From Octopus vulgaris (taxonomy: Eukaryota): a stretch of DNA of 64,000 bases. The stretch covers positions 310,001-374,000 of the forward strand of contig OX597836.1 in the NCBI GenBank assembly GCA_951406725.2, written 5' to 3'. Positions within the stretch are counted from its first letter, which is position 1. Each line of letters begins with the position of its first letter. Both the position numbers and the translations under genes were made by a program. Positions 50,252-64,000 of this stretch are shown in pieces. The notes below the pieces were generated by a model. It saw only the letters and a program-made list of their open reading frames with translations, made no database searches and had not been told where the DNA came from.

Positions 50252-51931
50252 TGTGTAGTTTTCCTCATCAACACTTTATGTCCATATTTTGATACTGGCA
50301 TGGGTTACTTACACAAGTCTGCTTTTGGGCAGCATCTCAACAATTGTCACAGTCATTTGTCATTTGGTACATAATGCAACAGAAAAAACTGCCTATCCTT
50401 GCTGCTGTATCTGTCATGGTCTTTGGTATGTTTTTATGAGTGGATATTCTTCCTTTTTCCAATGATTTTATAGTATAGATTGGCTGTATTTTATCATGCT
50501 TTGAGCACCAGAGGCTCGTCTTCCAAAATAAAAGGATCTCTACTCTGTTAACTGTTATTCAGCATTACAGCTCTCCTAGATGGGTTGCTTTCCTCTGGCT
50601 TATAAAGTCCTCAACTTTACTATGCACTTTTGGACAGAACCATTTTGGACTGCTATTTTACATCAACATGTTTCTATCAAGTGAAGTAGTGACATTTCTC
50701 TTGAATTCTTAAGTTCAAATCCACTGTTGGTGCTTTATTGGATTTCTGGACATAACACTTAGACTGCATTTGCTTAAGTACCAAATCATTCTGGTTTAAT
50801 CTCCTACAGAATAATCTGGGCCAGTCTTGGACTATAGTCTACTAATCAGTTTACAAATTTGTTGTTAACAAATAACAAATGAATGCAGTATAGTCTCAGA
50901 CCTTATTCTATCAGTTGTTTCGGTCTGATACCTTACAATTAGATTTAGAAAGGGATTCAAATTAAAGACTGAATGTGACACCTGGTGTATACAAAAACCC
51001 TATTTCAATGAAGAAACTGCTATAAAGTTGCTTGACTTGCTAGAAAAGGCAACCACATTCTACCATCTTAACTAAAAGATATATTAGATAATTTTTAAAG
51101 TTTATTTCTATAGATTTTCTATAGAATTCACAGCCAATATTGCAAGTTACGATGTTTCGTATATGAATACACCTATTTAAACAATGTAATCAAAGAGAGA
51201 AAAAATAAGTGGTAGGTGTATATGCATATTTCTAGAGTTATTGCTCATTTTTTATATTTTTGCATTGTTCACAGAGAACATTTTCATATACAAAACATAA
51301 TTTGCTCTTCTGGCTCTGAATTCTATAGAAAATCTGCAGAGGTAAACTGAAAAGTGAGAAATTTGCATTGCTAACATAAAAATAAGACAAAATATTGACT
51401 TGTACACTTTTAATATACTTGGTGATATATTATAGTTGCAGAACGAAAGACTGTGTCTTTGTCAGCAATTAATATTGGATAATGTGGTTCTTGACATATA
51501 AAACGACAGGATGTTCACAAATGAAATGCTTTTGATCATGGAGCTGATCTGGGGGCTAAAAAACAGCTTCAACATGTCTGATCCTTATTAAATTTATCAC
51601 ACACAGGATATTCATCAGCAGGTGGACATCTTCCTCAACCAACACAAATGTTCCCCAACATCTTTTGACTTGCATGTTTATGAAGAATAGTCATTTAGTT
51701 TGTTAAAAAGTTACCAATTAAGTTTAAGTGAAGTGATATTAGCAGATATTAGCAAATACTAAACAAAATAGAAATATTATAAGAAAACAAGAATTTCAGC
51801 TGAAGAAATCATAAAAAAAAAAAACCAGATCAAATAACCAAAATATGTTTTATTGATTTCAGACTTTTGTTGTTGAAATGCATTTTTGTGGCTGAAAGGA
51901 AACAAATTGTGATGTATGGATTAGCAATGAC

Positions 51932-52045
<114 letters not shown>

Positions 52046-53919
52046 ATTTGTTTGTTTTGTTCTTAGTATGAAAAGAGTGCACATTTTAGGGGGTTGAGTA
52101 AGGCATGGCAAGTATTGGAGCTCCCATTCCTTTGCTCAGCATCATGTTTTCAGGACAATGTTTCTTTTTAGGATATTGATTTCTGATTTTTTAAAGTGTT
52201 TATGGCTTTTTTGTTTTTATTTGTTCTATTTCTTTTTGTTAGCTTGTTTCTTAGGATTCAAGAATGGTAAAAATGGAAATGAAATACAGGCGTTTCCCAT
52301 GTCATGAAAGTGTTGGATTCCTGAAAAATCTTGCTGATGTTGTAATATGGAATTTCATAACAAACCTATTTTCCTATTATCTTTCCTGTTAATATAGCAT
52401 GAAAATCAAAGCAAAATAGGTTTCTCATTAAGGAATTTTGCATTTGGAAATCCGTGGGAAAATAGGTTTTGCATTGCAGAATTTCATTTTGCAGCAAGAT
52501 TTTCAAGAATGCAACACTTATGAGGTATGAAATTTCCATATATTTCCTATTCTCTGCCTCTTTCTTACTAATGTAGCTATTGTCTACATTGTACAAAGGC
52601 ATTTGTATAGACTATCTTTCTGTGTATTTAATTTTATTCAGAGAGAACTGTACTCAATAATTAATTAACCACTGATACAGTAGTGCTAAGATCAATGAAC
52701 TTTTGAGTGCATTAATGAGGCTAAAAGTCCCTTTTATTGTTCAAATAAATTTTATGAATATTTCAAAAACCCATTAGTTATCTTTGAATTATATTGTTAG
52801 CCTTTTTAAAATGTCCAGCTGGTAATGTTGGTTCTCAGACAAAGGCAGTGAGCTGGCGGAATTGTTATCCTGCTAGGTAATATGTTTAGCAACATTTCAT
52901 CTATTTTTATGTTCTGAGTTCAAATTCTGTTGACGTTGAACTTTGTCTTTCATCCTTTTGGGTCAGTAAAATAAGTACCAGTTGATTACCTGGATTGATG
53001 TAATTAACTTATCCCCTTCTCTAAAATTGCTGGCCTTGTGCCAAAATTTGAAATCAATAATTTGTTCTCAAACATTTTTATTCTTGTATTAGTTTCAGTC
53101 ATTGGACTGTGGCCATACTGTGGCTCCACCTTTCAGTGTCTCAGTTGATCATACCATCTGTCTATTAAATGGCATTTAATGTAAAAAGAGGAAACTTAGT
53201 GAACACTCTCTCCTTCTTCTCTCCCCACTTCTCTTTGTAGTTACTGTCCCCTTTGGCAAGTTGTCAGCACTGTTGTTTGTAGGGTGTCTCCTTTATTGAC
53301 ACAACTGATGCTGCATCCCATAATGTTTCCTTTCTATTTAGCATAGTTTTTACAAACAGATACCAACAGCCATTTCCTAGTTTGGACTTCCAGGATTTTA
53401 TCAAACCAGTGTCAGAAGACAAGTTGACTGTAGTGTGCATTTGGAAATCTGTGTCTCTATATTGTAAATACAGTATTTATATAGTGCTGCTATGACCAAG
53501 TAGTTAAGAAGTTTGCTTTGATTAAGAAGTGCTCTTTAACATTGCCTCCAGTTTTAGTGCAAGCATTGTGAATGAAATTAGGTGGATTGAAAGTGCATGG
53601 AAGCTCATCATCAGATGGATTATAATTACAAGTGACAATCTTGTCACATTGATCTTGCCTGAGAATTATGTTAAGGGTATATGTGTGTCTCTGCAATATA
53701 CATCCACTTACATATTTGTCTGTCTGTCTGTCTGTCTCCTGTAAGTTCAAATAATTTCTCGAGTTTATGTGTATCTGTATTTATCTTTGTCAAAAAGGGG
53801 CCTAACAACATCTGCTTGTCCTTGAGCGAGGTTTTCACTTGAAAATTCACCCTTTAACGGTGAATTTTCAGATTTTCAGATTTTATTTTATGATAAAATA
53901 TTTTCATCTGTCTGGAAAA

Positions 53920-55350
53920 ATGGACAGTCCTTCAAAGACTGCCAGCATCCCTGCATACTGATACAAGCTTGCTTTCCAAACAAGTGGGAAGGAAAGGTAG
54001 GATCCATGTGGCAAATGAATACATTCATTAAACAATGAACGGTGCAACCACCACTATCACCTCTCCTGTCACTGCCACTATTACCTCTCTTGCTACTACC
54101 ACTGTTAGGAAGACTACTACCACCAGCAACAATGCCATTGACAAACCAAGTAGCTTTCCTTCCATTTTAAGGCAAAAATGACATTTAGTTTCCTCCTCAA
54201 CAGAAGAACTACTGCAATGCAAACAGTTATTAAACAAAGAAACAGAACAATAAAACTAAAAACACCCCACGAAACATTTTGCAGGTCATTAAAAAAAAAA
54301 TCATAATTTATAAAACCCTGAACATAAAAACTAAAAGACTAGAACAGGCCATTCAACAAACAGTTGAGAAGTGTCTACTGCCCATATGGGCTTACAAAAA
54401 AATATATTGCAAGGGCAAATGATTTGCCACAATCGAAGAGTTGACACAGAAGAGTACACAAAAGAACTCTCAATAAAACGTTTGGAATGTGAGGAATTTC
54501 TAATGATTCCCACTTACCTTGGTTGTCTGGTGACGAAGATAAGAATGAAAGATGTTCCCCCTGAGATAGAAATAAGATGGCTGGTGTCAGCCATCTATTA
54601 TCATTTTGAAGATGAAATAAATATATTAGAAATTGCCATCCTGGAGCAGCAAAACTGGGTTGGACAAGGGTTAGAGCTATTAATCCAGGCAAATCAAGAG
54701 ACGACTGAAATTCTCCCCGATTTAATAAAACTTCCAGATGACATGACTCTACATGTGGCCATTGAAGGCAGAAGACCACGTTGTTACCTTTGTGGTAGCA
54801 AAAACCACCTTAAAATAGACTGCAAATTAGCACAAGAGCAAGAACAACAATAACAATAAAAACAAAAACCCAACAGCAAACCAGCATTATTACTCCCTCT
54901 GCCATCAGCACAACAAATAAAACAGCTCTACCAACAGATGAAACAACTCCACCAACCAACCATCAGCAACAGAAGCAACACCATCACCATCACCAACAAT
55001 AACAACAGCAACAATTATAGAGGAAGCACCAAAACCAGGAAAACACTAACCCCTCACCCCAATAACCCATACACCACATCCCAACAGCCACCAACCAGCA
55101 CTAACAACAGCAACAACATCAACATTTACACACAAATCAACCTCAGTACCCTTCCTCTCCCATTTTCTGATTCCTCTGACATGTCTGCTGATGAAGGTGA
55201 CACAGGAGAATGGCAAATGGCCACAGTGGGGAGAAGAAAAAAGGGGGCGGGGAGAACAACCACCCTGTCAAACAAAGCAGGGAGAAAAGCCACTCCCAGT
55301 AACAGAACTGCCACACACAACAATACAAACAACGACACTACAAACACATA
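53920..55350 (+). mobile_element. ORF1 (gag-like) relic of an L1/Tx1-type LINE
   Basis: ORF 54371-54853 ends IEGRRPRCYLCGSKNHLKIDC (CX2CX4HX4C knuckle), followed by a low-complexity T/N/Q-rich tail with GEWQ..V.RRKK. Confidence 0.75.
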
Positions 55351-55389
55351 ATCGTCAAGTGGCCCCACAATGTTTGTAGCAATTAACAC

Positions 55390-55661
55390 CAGCAATTTGG
55401 ACCTGATGCAATACATCAGGTGGCACACTGACATGTTATGATCCATATCTGCATCCTTCAAAACTTCCATGCTTTCTGAGATTCACCAACACTACACCTG
55501 ATTTCCTCCCCTCCATACACACACAAGCATGTGTCTGACTCATACATTGTTTGCTTTCCAGACATTTGTACATTACTGCATATACATTATATGCACTTTC
55601 TGACAAGTTGTGGTGCACCTGAGCACTGTATACAATAATTTCATTATTATTATTATTATTA
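55390..55661 (+). mobile_element. 3' end of a CR1/L2-like LINE with an (ATT)n tail
   Basis: ...gagcactgtatacaataatttc followed by (att)n; family inferred from the tail shape only. Confidence 0.4.
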
Positions 55662-55909
55662 TATGAGAGTTGAAAACACTGCAGAATGTTAGTGAGTCCA
55701 GAAAATATTCATTGCAGAATAATTACGTATTAAAACAGAAAACTGGAGAATTTTGGTTTCATTTTTTTCCATATTACATCTGTTGCTTTACCAACAGACA
55801 TTACATAAAATATACAAATAGAAAAACATATAAGATATCTCCTATTAGGATTTCATTAGAGGGAGAATTAAAATGATACACGCTTATATTGGATTTAGCT
55901 AAATTTATA

Positions 55910-55960
<51 letters not shown>

Positions 55961-56369
55961 TATTGAATATTAGTCAGGAGTCATATAATTCAAATAATGA
56001 ATCTTTCAGACCAAGCACACATGGGAAAATGGATGTAAACCAATCCCTAGTTTTGAAGGAATTGCATGGAAAACAATTTCCCCCACTGACTTCCATATTA
56101 CATAACATGGAAGTGAATGCAAAAGGAAGTTTCATGTTAAAGAATTCCACGCTAAGACAGGATTTCATGTTATGATAAATTTTGCATTATGAAATTCAGT
56201 ATTATGGTAACTCAGAAGATGCCAGTGTATAGAGATGGATAGATAAATAGGTAGATAGACAGGTGGGCAGGCAGGCCATGTATGTATGTAATCAACTCTC
56301 TTTCGTCATAGATATAATATAACATTATAAGGATGTAAGTACTACAATAGCCAAGGTTACATTGTTGGT

Positions 56370-56413
<44 letters not shown>

Positions 56414-58419
56414 GCTGCTGTTAAGCGATACAAACATTACTTTGCTTGCTTCTGGTGAATATAGCCGAATGTTGTTTTTTGTTTCATGAATGTCATTCAC
56501 CTGTAATGGAATAGAATGGTTTCCAACAATATACAAATGTCTAAATTTTCTCAGCATTCCCTAACCATCGTAAAATGGGATTCCAGATAATAAGCAAATT
56601 CTGTAGACAGAGTAGAATTCACAAATTATCCTTTTGTTGGATAGAAAATATAAGTAGAGACAATTAAGTATAGTGGGGTAAGGAAGGTCAATATAATCAA
56701 ATATATTTATTATCATAAATATTTATCTGTAAATTTTGTAGGTGCAGGTGTAGCTGTGTGGTAAGAAGTTTGCTTCCCAAGCACAGATTCACTCCCAAAG
56801 TGTCTTCTTCTTCTATAGCCTTGCATTCGTCAAAGCCTTATGAGCAGATTTGGTAAAGTGAAACTGAAAGAAGTCCATTGTGTACACACACACACACACA
56901 CACATTTATATACATATGTGTATGTGTGCATGTATGTGTGTGTGTGTATGTATTTATGTACATATGTGGGTGTGTCCGTGTGTGTTGCTGTCTCCTTGCC
57001 TTGGTGTCACCATCATGTAAACTGTGTCCTTCATTTGCAATCTTCTGTGTAAACATGTCTGGCCAAGGGGCAATATTACGTTACTTGGAAACAGGCGTGG
57101 GTTGGTGATACAGGTGAGGGTGTCCAGCTGTTGAAAGTTTGCCTCAACAAATTCCATTTGACCCATGTGATCATGGAAAAGAGGATGTTAAATCCATGCT
57201 GCTGCTGCTGGTGATGGTGATGATGATTCTACAAAAACAGAATTTACAATTTTGTGCTGATGACAGAAGTCATGGAGCGGGGTGAAGGGTGGAATTTGGT
57301 AGAGCTCTGGACAAAATAGTTTCATGTATTTAATAATATCCATTTAAGGTGATAAGGCAGTGAATTAATAGACCCCTTATAGTATCAGATAGATAACCTG
57401 TATTTGTTCTGGCTTTCTGCGTTCTGAGCTGAAATCCCACAGAAGTTATTTTGTCTTTCATTCTTTCTGGTTCAAAAAAGTCTCAATCCAAGGCAGAAGA
57501 TTTGTAGAATTGTCTGAGCATTGGGATGTGACACCTTGCAGTTATCTGTTCTGATTTCTTATGTTTTGAAGGCAATGTCTGCAGTAACTCAGATACTGAG
57601 CAATTATGAGTCTCTTCTTTGAACAACGTTGGTGTGGTAAAGAGGGAAGAGTTGCATGCATGTGAAGCCACTGATCTTCCATAAGAACCTTGCCTTGGTC
57701 TGCTCCTTAGAGGGAAAATTTATAGGTGCAAATCCATGGCCTCATAAGATATGTAGAGGATCTGGGTATATGGATTTAAGGTGTTCATATCCTATTGAGG
57801 TAAACTTGCTTTTCATCCTTCAGGGGTTGATAAAATAAAGTACTAGTCAAATATTGATACTGATAATATACCTGTACTGGTTTCAAATTTTGGCACAAGA
57901 CCACCAAGTTCAGGGGAGATAGTAAGGTAATTTCTCTGACCCCCCAGTATTCAACTGGTACTTATTTTATCGCCCCCAAAAAGATGAAAGGCAAAGCCTA
58001 CCCTAGTGGAATTTGAACTTGGAATGTTAAAGCTGGATAAAATACTATGAAGCATTTTGTCCAGCAATAATATACCCATATTAAACATGATTATTATTGT
58101 TAACAATGTGCAGTCTCTGACATCTTTTCTTAAGTTTCATTGATAGGTTTCAAAACCAAAAAAAAAAAGAGCCCTCATGTTATAAGTACTGCTCAAACCA
58201 TGTCATTGGGGTTGACCACCAGATTTCTCAGTATTGAGCAGATCTATGATCAAAAGTTTTTCTTGTCTAGGAGTATACAGGACTATATTATCTAATGTGT
58301 CTTTTATATTTTCTGCAGACAGCAGGAATGATTTGAAGGAAATTTGTATGTTATTTCTTGCAGGTTGAATGACTTTCTAGCACCTCTTTTGGTGGTTATC
58401 ATTGCTCTGAAAGATGGTG

Positions 58420-58720
58420 CAATGCTGCTGACGCTATAAATACACAAACATCATGGATGAAATCCAAAAGAAGGCCGTCCATTTGTCTAATTGGCAAAGA
58501 ATCAATCGGCAACACACTTCAAGCTGTAAATTACTGTTGTCCTCTTCATCTATCTATCTCTTCTATTGATATTACAATACCCTCTACTAATCCGAACCAG
58601 ATAGTTCTATACCCTTTCCATACCAGTCCACTTGTTTTCTGTGTCTCCTTATTGTATTATATGTCTTAGCATCACATTTAAACATTTTTTTCAATGTTTC
58701 CTCCTCGGAATAGCAGCCCA
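58420..58720 (+). mobile_element. CR1/L2-group ORF2 C-terminal relic
   Basis: DEIQKKAVH..IG...NTLQ...SLFY*YYN resembles LD.IQK.A.RLI...LQ.L..RR....SLFYRYY. Confidence 0.5.
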
Positions 58721-59609
58721 CTTGAATTTCTTACCCCCACACATCATTGTTCTTGCTGTTTAGTCCCAGTCCCAAGTCGGACTTCATTGACCAAACCGAT
58801 GATCAAAAGCAATCCAACAGTGACCACCCTTTTTGTTTATTTGTGACTACATTGTCCAAAATGTTATTTCTTTTTTAAGATGATAAGCTGTGGGATTGGA
58901 GAGACATTTGGCTGCTGTATTTACTTTGTTATCTTGTGAGCACTTCTTTATTTTCCTAAAAGATTCTGACTTACAGAACATCAACTGCAGCCATGCTAGG
59001 GAAGTGGATCCTGGATTTTAATTGATTATATCATCCTTCATTCTCAATGCTTTGTTTGGTATTTATTTCCTTGGTGTTGAAGAAGTGACAGAAAGTAAAA
59101 AAACAAAAAACAAAAAAACTGGGTGTAATAGGAGACAACTGAGACATGAAACTACTACAAGGCACTTCTTGGTGTGTTGCTGTATTCTGCCATTCCACAC
59201 TAGTATGTTTGTGTGTGAGTGTGTGAATAGGGAAGAATCTTAGGTTAATGATGGTTCAGCCTAAGTTGTTGCGATTGGTGAAGGACTGTATTGGTTTGCA
59301 AATGCTATAGACATTGTTATGTGATGTATGATATAATTAAATGGCCATATTTAAAATTCAGGCTTGTCCTACTAAAAACTTAATGATATTCTGTAGTGGG
59401 AATAATAGATAGATGATGATGATGATGATGATTTAATTGCAAGGCAAGCGATTTTGAAGGGAAAGAGTTAGTTGGTACCATTAGTTGGTACCATTGACCT
59501 AGAATTTGCCTGGTTCTTTATTTTGTTGAAATATGAAAGGCAAAGTTGAATTCAGCTGGATTTCATAGTAATAAGGATAACGAGGATGGTAATAATAATG
59601 ATAATGGAA

Positions 59610-60080
59610 TAAAAGATGGGCTACAGCAAATATTCTGCTCAATACCACAAATATGCTTATCAGTTGCTTGACCTTAACCAGTTGAGCATGTCCCTTGGTG
59701 GCTGACAATATGTGCATGTCTGATTACAAGCAGGAGCAGTTGGGGAGGGGCATCATAGCCATGTGTTGAGAGGAGTTCTGTTGGGCTTGAATTATTCACC
59801 TCTGGAAACATGGATGTTTCATTCATCATCCTTAAATAAACCTTATTCAGGGATCTTTTGAGTGAGGTGCACTACTCGACCTGAAGAAAATCCTCACTGG
59901 CCCCACCTGCAAGGTCATGCACTGTTTATCTTGATATGGGATCACCATGTCACGCACATATAGTTGTGATGCATGTGCCTGGTGTACCCTTATAAGACAG
60001 TTAGTCATGATGGGTATATTGGGCTTCAAATATTTGTACCCCTGAGTCACTTTCATGGTATGAATTGTTCTCTCACTCAA
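59610..60080. repeat. Truncated inverted copy of the 41645-42200 element
   Basis: gctacagcaaatattctgctcaataccac...ctctcactca followed by (ata)n. Confidence 0.9.
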
Positions 60081-61125
60081 TAATAATAATATTAATAATA
60101 TTTTCTATTATAGGCATAAGGCCTGAAATTTTAGGGAATGGGGCTAGTAAATTTCGTTGACTCCCACCCCCTTCCCAGTGATCAACTAGTGCTTATTTCA
60201 TTGATCATGAAAGGTGAAGTTGAACTTAATGGAATTTGAACTCAGAAGGTAAAGATGGACAAAATGCCACTAAGCATTTTGTCCAGTGTGCTAACGATTC
60301 TGCCAGCTCACTTCCTGTAATAATAACAATAATAATAACAACAACAACAACAACAACAACAATAACAATAATAATAATAATAAATTTGTTTATTGGCCAC
60401 AAGGGCTAACAAAAATCAAATAAAACATGTAAGGACAAAATACAGGACAAAAGTTACAAAAAGGGTTTTGACTGTCCCAATCGATATAAACGTATCTGTC
60501 AAGACCTACCAAAAACTGAGCAAATATAAAGATCTTGAAAAAGAAATCAGCAAAATGTGGAACCTGAAGACTAAAACAATACCTGTTGTCATAGGTGCCC
60601 TGGGAATGATAGCAAAAGGGGCTAATTGCTACCTAACTCAGATACCAGGAAACCCCAAAATGGCAGAAATTCAAAAGATAGTGCTCATGGGAACTGCTCA
60701 TATCCTACACAAAATACTTTCTATGTAACTTCAAGTTTTAAAACAAACATAATTTTCTTATGGTTTCTTAAACATTCACTCGTACAACACTAAGTACAAA
60801 ACCATTTTTTAACACCCTAGGCATAACACCAACATGAACTTCCAACTTGTTGTCTTTTGAGATCTCTGGGTTAGACTTGGAGCCAACTTGTACAAATGTA
60901 AAGCAAAAGTCAAACATAAAATAATAATAATAATAATAACGATAAGGGTTTCAGATTTTGGCATAAGGCCAGAAACTTTGGGAAAGCGGGTATGTTGATT
61001 ACATTGACCCCAGTGCTGTATTGGTACTTTATTTTATTAACCCTGGAAGGATGAAAGGCAAAGCTGAATGCAGAACATGAAGAGCATGCTAAGGATTCTG
61101 CCAGCTTGTTGCCTTTGATAATAAA

Positions 61126-61157
<32 letters not shown>

Positions 61158-62260
61158 TAATCCTTTTTACTAAAGGCACAAGGCCTGGAATTTTGGGGCA
61201 GGGCACAAGTCGATTACATCGACCCCAGTATTTCACTAGTATTTAATTTATCAACCCTGAAAGGATGAAAAACAAAGTTAACTTTGGTGGAATTTGAACT
61301 CAGAATGTAAAGATGGATGAAATGTTGCTAAGCATTTTGCCCAGCATGCTAACGATTCTGCTAGCTCACCACCTTAATCATCATCATCATCATCATTGTT
61401 TAACGTCCGTTTTCCGCGCTAGCACGGGTTGGACGGTTCGACCGGGGTCTGGGAAGCCAGGAGGCTGCACCAGGCTCCAGTCTGATCTGGCAGAGTTTCT
61501 ACAGCTGGATGCCCTTCCTAACGCCAACCACTCCGCGAGTGTAGTGCGTGCTTTTTACATGCCACCTTGCACAGGTGCCAGGAGGGGGTCTGGCATCGGC
61601 CACAATCAGTTGGAGCTTTTAACGTGCCACCGGCACTGAAGCCAGCCAGGGCGGCGCTGGCAACGGCCACGTTCAGATGGTGCTTTTTTATGTGCCACCG
61701 GCACTGGAGCCAGTCGAGGCGGAGCTGGCCCGTATTTAATTAATTAATTATTTAATTAAGCAAAAGGTTAGGAATTTTGAAGGGAGGGGCAAGGACCAAT
61801 TCTGTTGATTCCAGTGTTCAACTAATTTGACTTACGTGGAATTTGAACTCAGAACGTGAGGATTTGAAATGCTCACTGCTAATAATAATAATAATAATAA
61901 TAATACCCGTTTCTACTATAGGCACAAAGCCTGGAATTTGTGGGGAGGGGGATAGTCAATTATATTGACCTCAGTATTTGACTGGTACTTAATTTATCAA
62001 ACATGAAAGGATGAAAGGCAAAACTGACCTCTGTGGATCTGGACTCAGAATGTAAGGACGGATGAAATACCACTAGGCATTTTGCCTGGCATGCTAATGA
62101 TTCTGCCAGCTTGCTGCCTTCATAATAATAATAATAATAATAATCCTTTTTACTAAAGGCACAAGGCCTGGAGTTTTAGGGGAGGTGACTAGTTGATTAG
62201 ATTGACCCTAGTATGCAACTGGTACTTAATTTATTGACCCTGAAAGGATGAAGGGCAAAT
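60080..62260 (-). mobile_element. Tandem cluster of (TTA)n-family SINEs separated by (TAA)n, with nested R4 and RTE ends
   Basis: About six full or partial same-orientation copies (ggcacaaggcctg...gaaaggatgaaaggcaaa...gaactcagaa); RTE 3' end at 61378-61730. Confidence 0.85.
60465..60940 (+). mobile_element. R4/Dong-like 3' end within (TAA)n
   Basis: KLSKYKDLEKEISKMWNLKTKTIPVVIGALG...IQKIVLMGTAHILHKILSM*, then a short UTR and (TAA)n. Confidence 0.88.
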
Positions 62261-62519
62261 AATAATGATATATTTACCCATTTCAGTCATTGGACTGTTG
62301 TCATGCTGAAGCACTGCCTTGAAATGTTAAGTCTGGTACTTATTATATCAATCGCTTTTGCCAAACTACTAAGTTAAAGGGATGTAAACAAATCACCTAC
62401 ATTTGTCAAACACAACAAAAAAAAACACATACACACACTCAAAGACATACACACATAGATAAACATAAAACAATCAAAAAATATATGTATACATGTGTGT
62501 GTGTGTTTGTGTGCATAGA

Positions 62520-63670
62520 CAGGGTACAAATTTTAAATTGGCATTTCTGTTTAAACTAGAAATAAAACCTCCACTTATTTCTTTATTTTACTAAAATTTT
62601 TGTTGTGTTTTGCAACTTTTCCAATAGTTTTGAGTCAAAACTATTGAAAAGGTTGCAGGACAACAAAAATTTTAGAAAAATAAAAAACGAAATAAGTGGA
62701 AATTTTAACAGTGAGTGTGTTAAATTATAAGGCACCAAAAGAAAATAACTCTTCCCAGACACAACAGAATATGCTTCAACACAAACTCATATAAAGAATC
62801 TTGCAAACCAAATCCAAAAACGAAAGAAATAAAGCACTATTTTGAAAGTTATGATGTAAACTAATATTGCTTTCCTTTTAGATTGAATTTGGCTTCAAAA
62901 AAATGGCAAAGCTGGAGAGACTGAAATATAATATGGCTGCTAGGAAAACTCATAAGCACAGTAAAAAAAGGTTGAGAACTGCTGCTTTCATCGAGAATGT
63001 TGAGCAGTTCATTGAAGAAAATCTTTCCATTGGGATTTGCGAGGTTGCCAGTGTGCTAGGACTTGTGCCAATGAAGACCCTTGTTACAAGCCTTACAAGA
63101 AGAAAACAGGACAATTGCTCACTCAGAGTCTTAGAAAAACTCTATGAGGGGGACCAAGAAGCTGCCAAGCAGGTGGAATCATTCCTGGAATCAAACATGG
63201 GATTTTTCTCAGATGCAAAAAAAAAAAAATTTTGCCAGAACAAGGCATGCAACAACAAGCAGAATAACAGGTTGTTAGTAGTTAGCCCACATGGTATTCT
63301 CAGGTTCATGAAAGTCAAGTTTCCTGTCTACATCATGGTTTTGGACATGATTAGCAGTGAGGGACATGTCATGCCCCCTTACATCTTTAATGTGCATAGA
63401 AGGTGAACCAGGATGTGTACCAGGGGGTTTTGGAGACTGGCGGAGCTCTGGGTAGAAGAGATGGCAAGAGAAAGACCTTGTGTGTTCCAGCAAGATTCTG
63501 CACCTGCAAACACACCCAGGAAGACTCCAAAGTGACTTTTAGACAACTTTTATGACCATATCAGCCTGAACATGTGGCCTTCTAACTCTTCAAACAGTCA
63601 AGCAAGTGAGTTTCTAACAAGACTGCCTACATCATCAAGGATGAGCTGAAGCAATGCACTTGACAGGCAT
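62520..63670 (+). mobile_element. maT-like transposon relic with a nested insertion
   Basis: Begins cagggt; motifs FFSDAK, KFPVYIMVLDMISSEGHVMPPYIF, VFQQDSAP and NMWPSNS. Confidence 0.85.
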
Positions 63671-63677
63671 TCTCAGC

Positions 63678-64000
63678 TGACAGAGATCATGCATCAACCT
63701 GCCCCACAGAAGCAGTATTTGGAACCAACCATCACTGTTGAAGGGGAAATCGTGAAAGTTGTTGGTTAGTTCATCTACCTTGGTATCACACTATCCAGGT
63801 CCATGACTGTTGATGATAAAGTCAACACATATATTGCAAAAGGAAGACAAGTATTCAGGTGGCCATGTGAAGCAGTGTAGGAGAGGAGAGGCATTAGGGT
63901 GGCCACCAAGTTGGTGTACCAAGCACTTATACAGCCTACCCTACTATATGCCTGTGAGACTTAGATGGTTTACAAACACCATGCCAAAAGACTAAACTGC
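63678..64000 (+). mobile_element. RTE-BovB-like RT fragment, truncated by the window end
   Basis: TEIMHQPAPQKQYLEPTITVEGEIVKVVG*FIYLGITLSR...PTLLYACET. Confidence 0.88.

Noticed and set aside
54371-54853. Host zinc-knuckle gene
   Set aside because: The upstream frame is broken by stops, there is no splice structure, and the layout matches a LINE ORF1.

Overview
AT-rich, microsatellite- and transposon-dense animal genomic DNA. The SINE/LINE families resemble those of octopus/coleoid cephalopods (inference). Two spliced host genes lie on the + strand. (1) TMEM18: four coding exons (2711-2828, 6675-6729, 14300-14393, 16873-17016) join through canonical GT-AG sites into one open frame; the first exon was not found. 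(2) The first coding exon (33319-33495) of a probable ABHD1/ABHD3-type abhydrolase sits in a CpG-rich promoter domain, and its first intron apparently runs past the window end. The rest is mostly decayed mobile DNA: RTE, RTE-BovB-like, CR1/L2, L1/Tx1, R4/Dong and Penelope-like retroelements, maT-like Tc1/mariner relics, hAT/mariner/piggyBac-type MITEs and several SINE families. The most notable non-coding signals are a near-canonical minimal type I hammerhead ribozyme (23529-23576, minus) with several decayed relatives, a 526-bp foldback element with an 8-bp TSD and a head-to-head telomeric core, a perfect 25-bp hairpin upstream of the first TMEM18 exon seen, and several inverted repeat pairs in introns. 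No prokaryote-type system (CRISPR, operon) is present. All family assignments come from motif recognition by eye, not from database searches.
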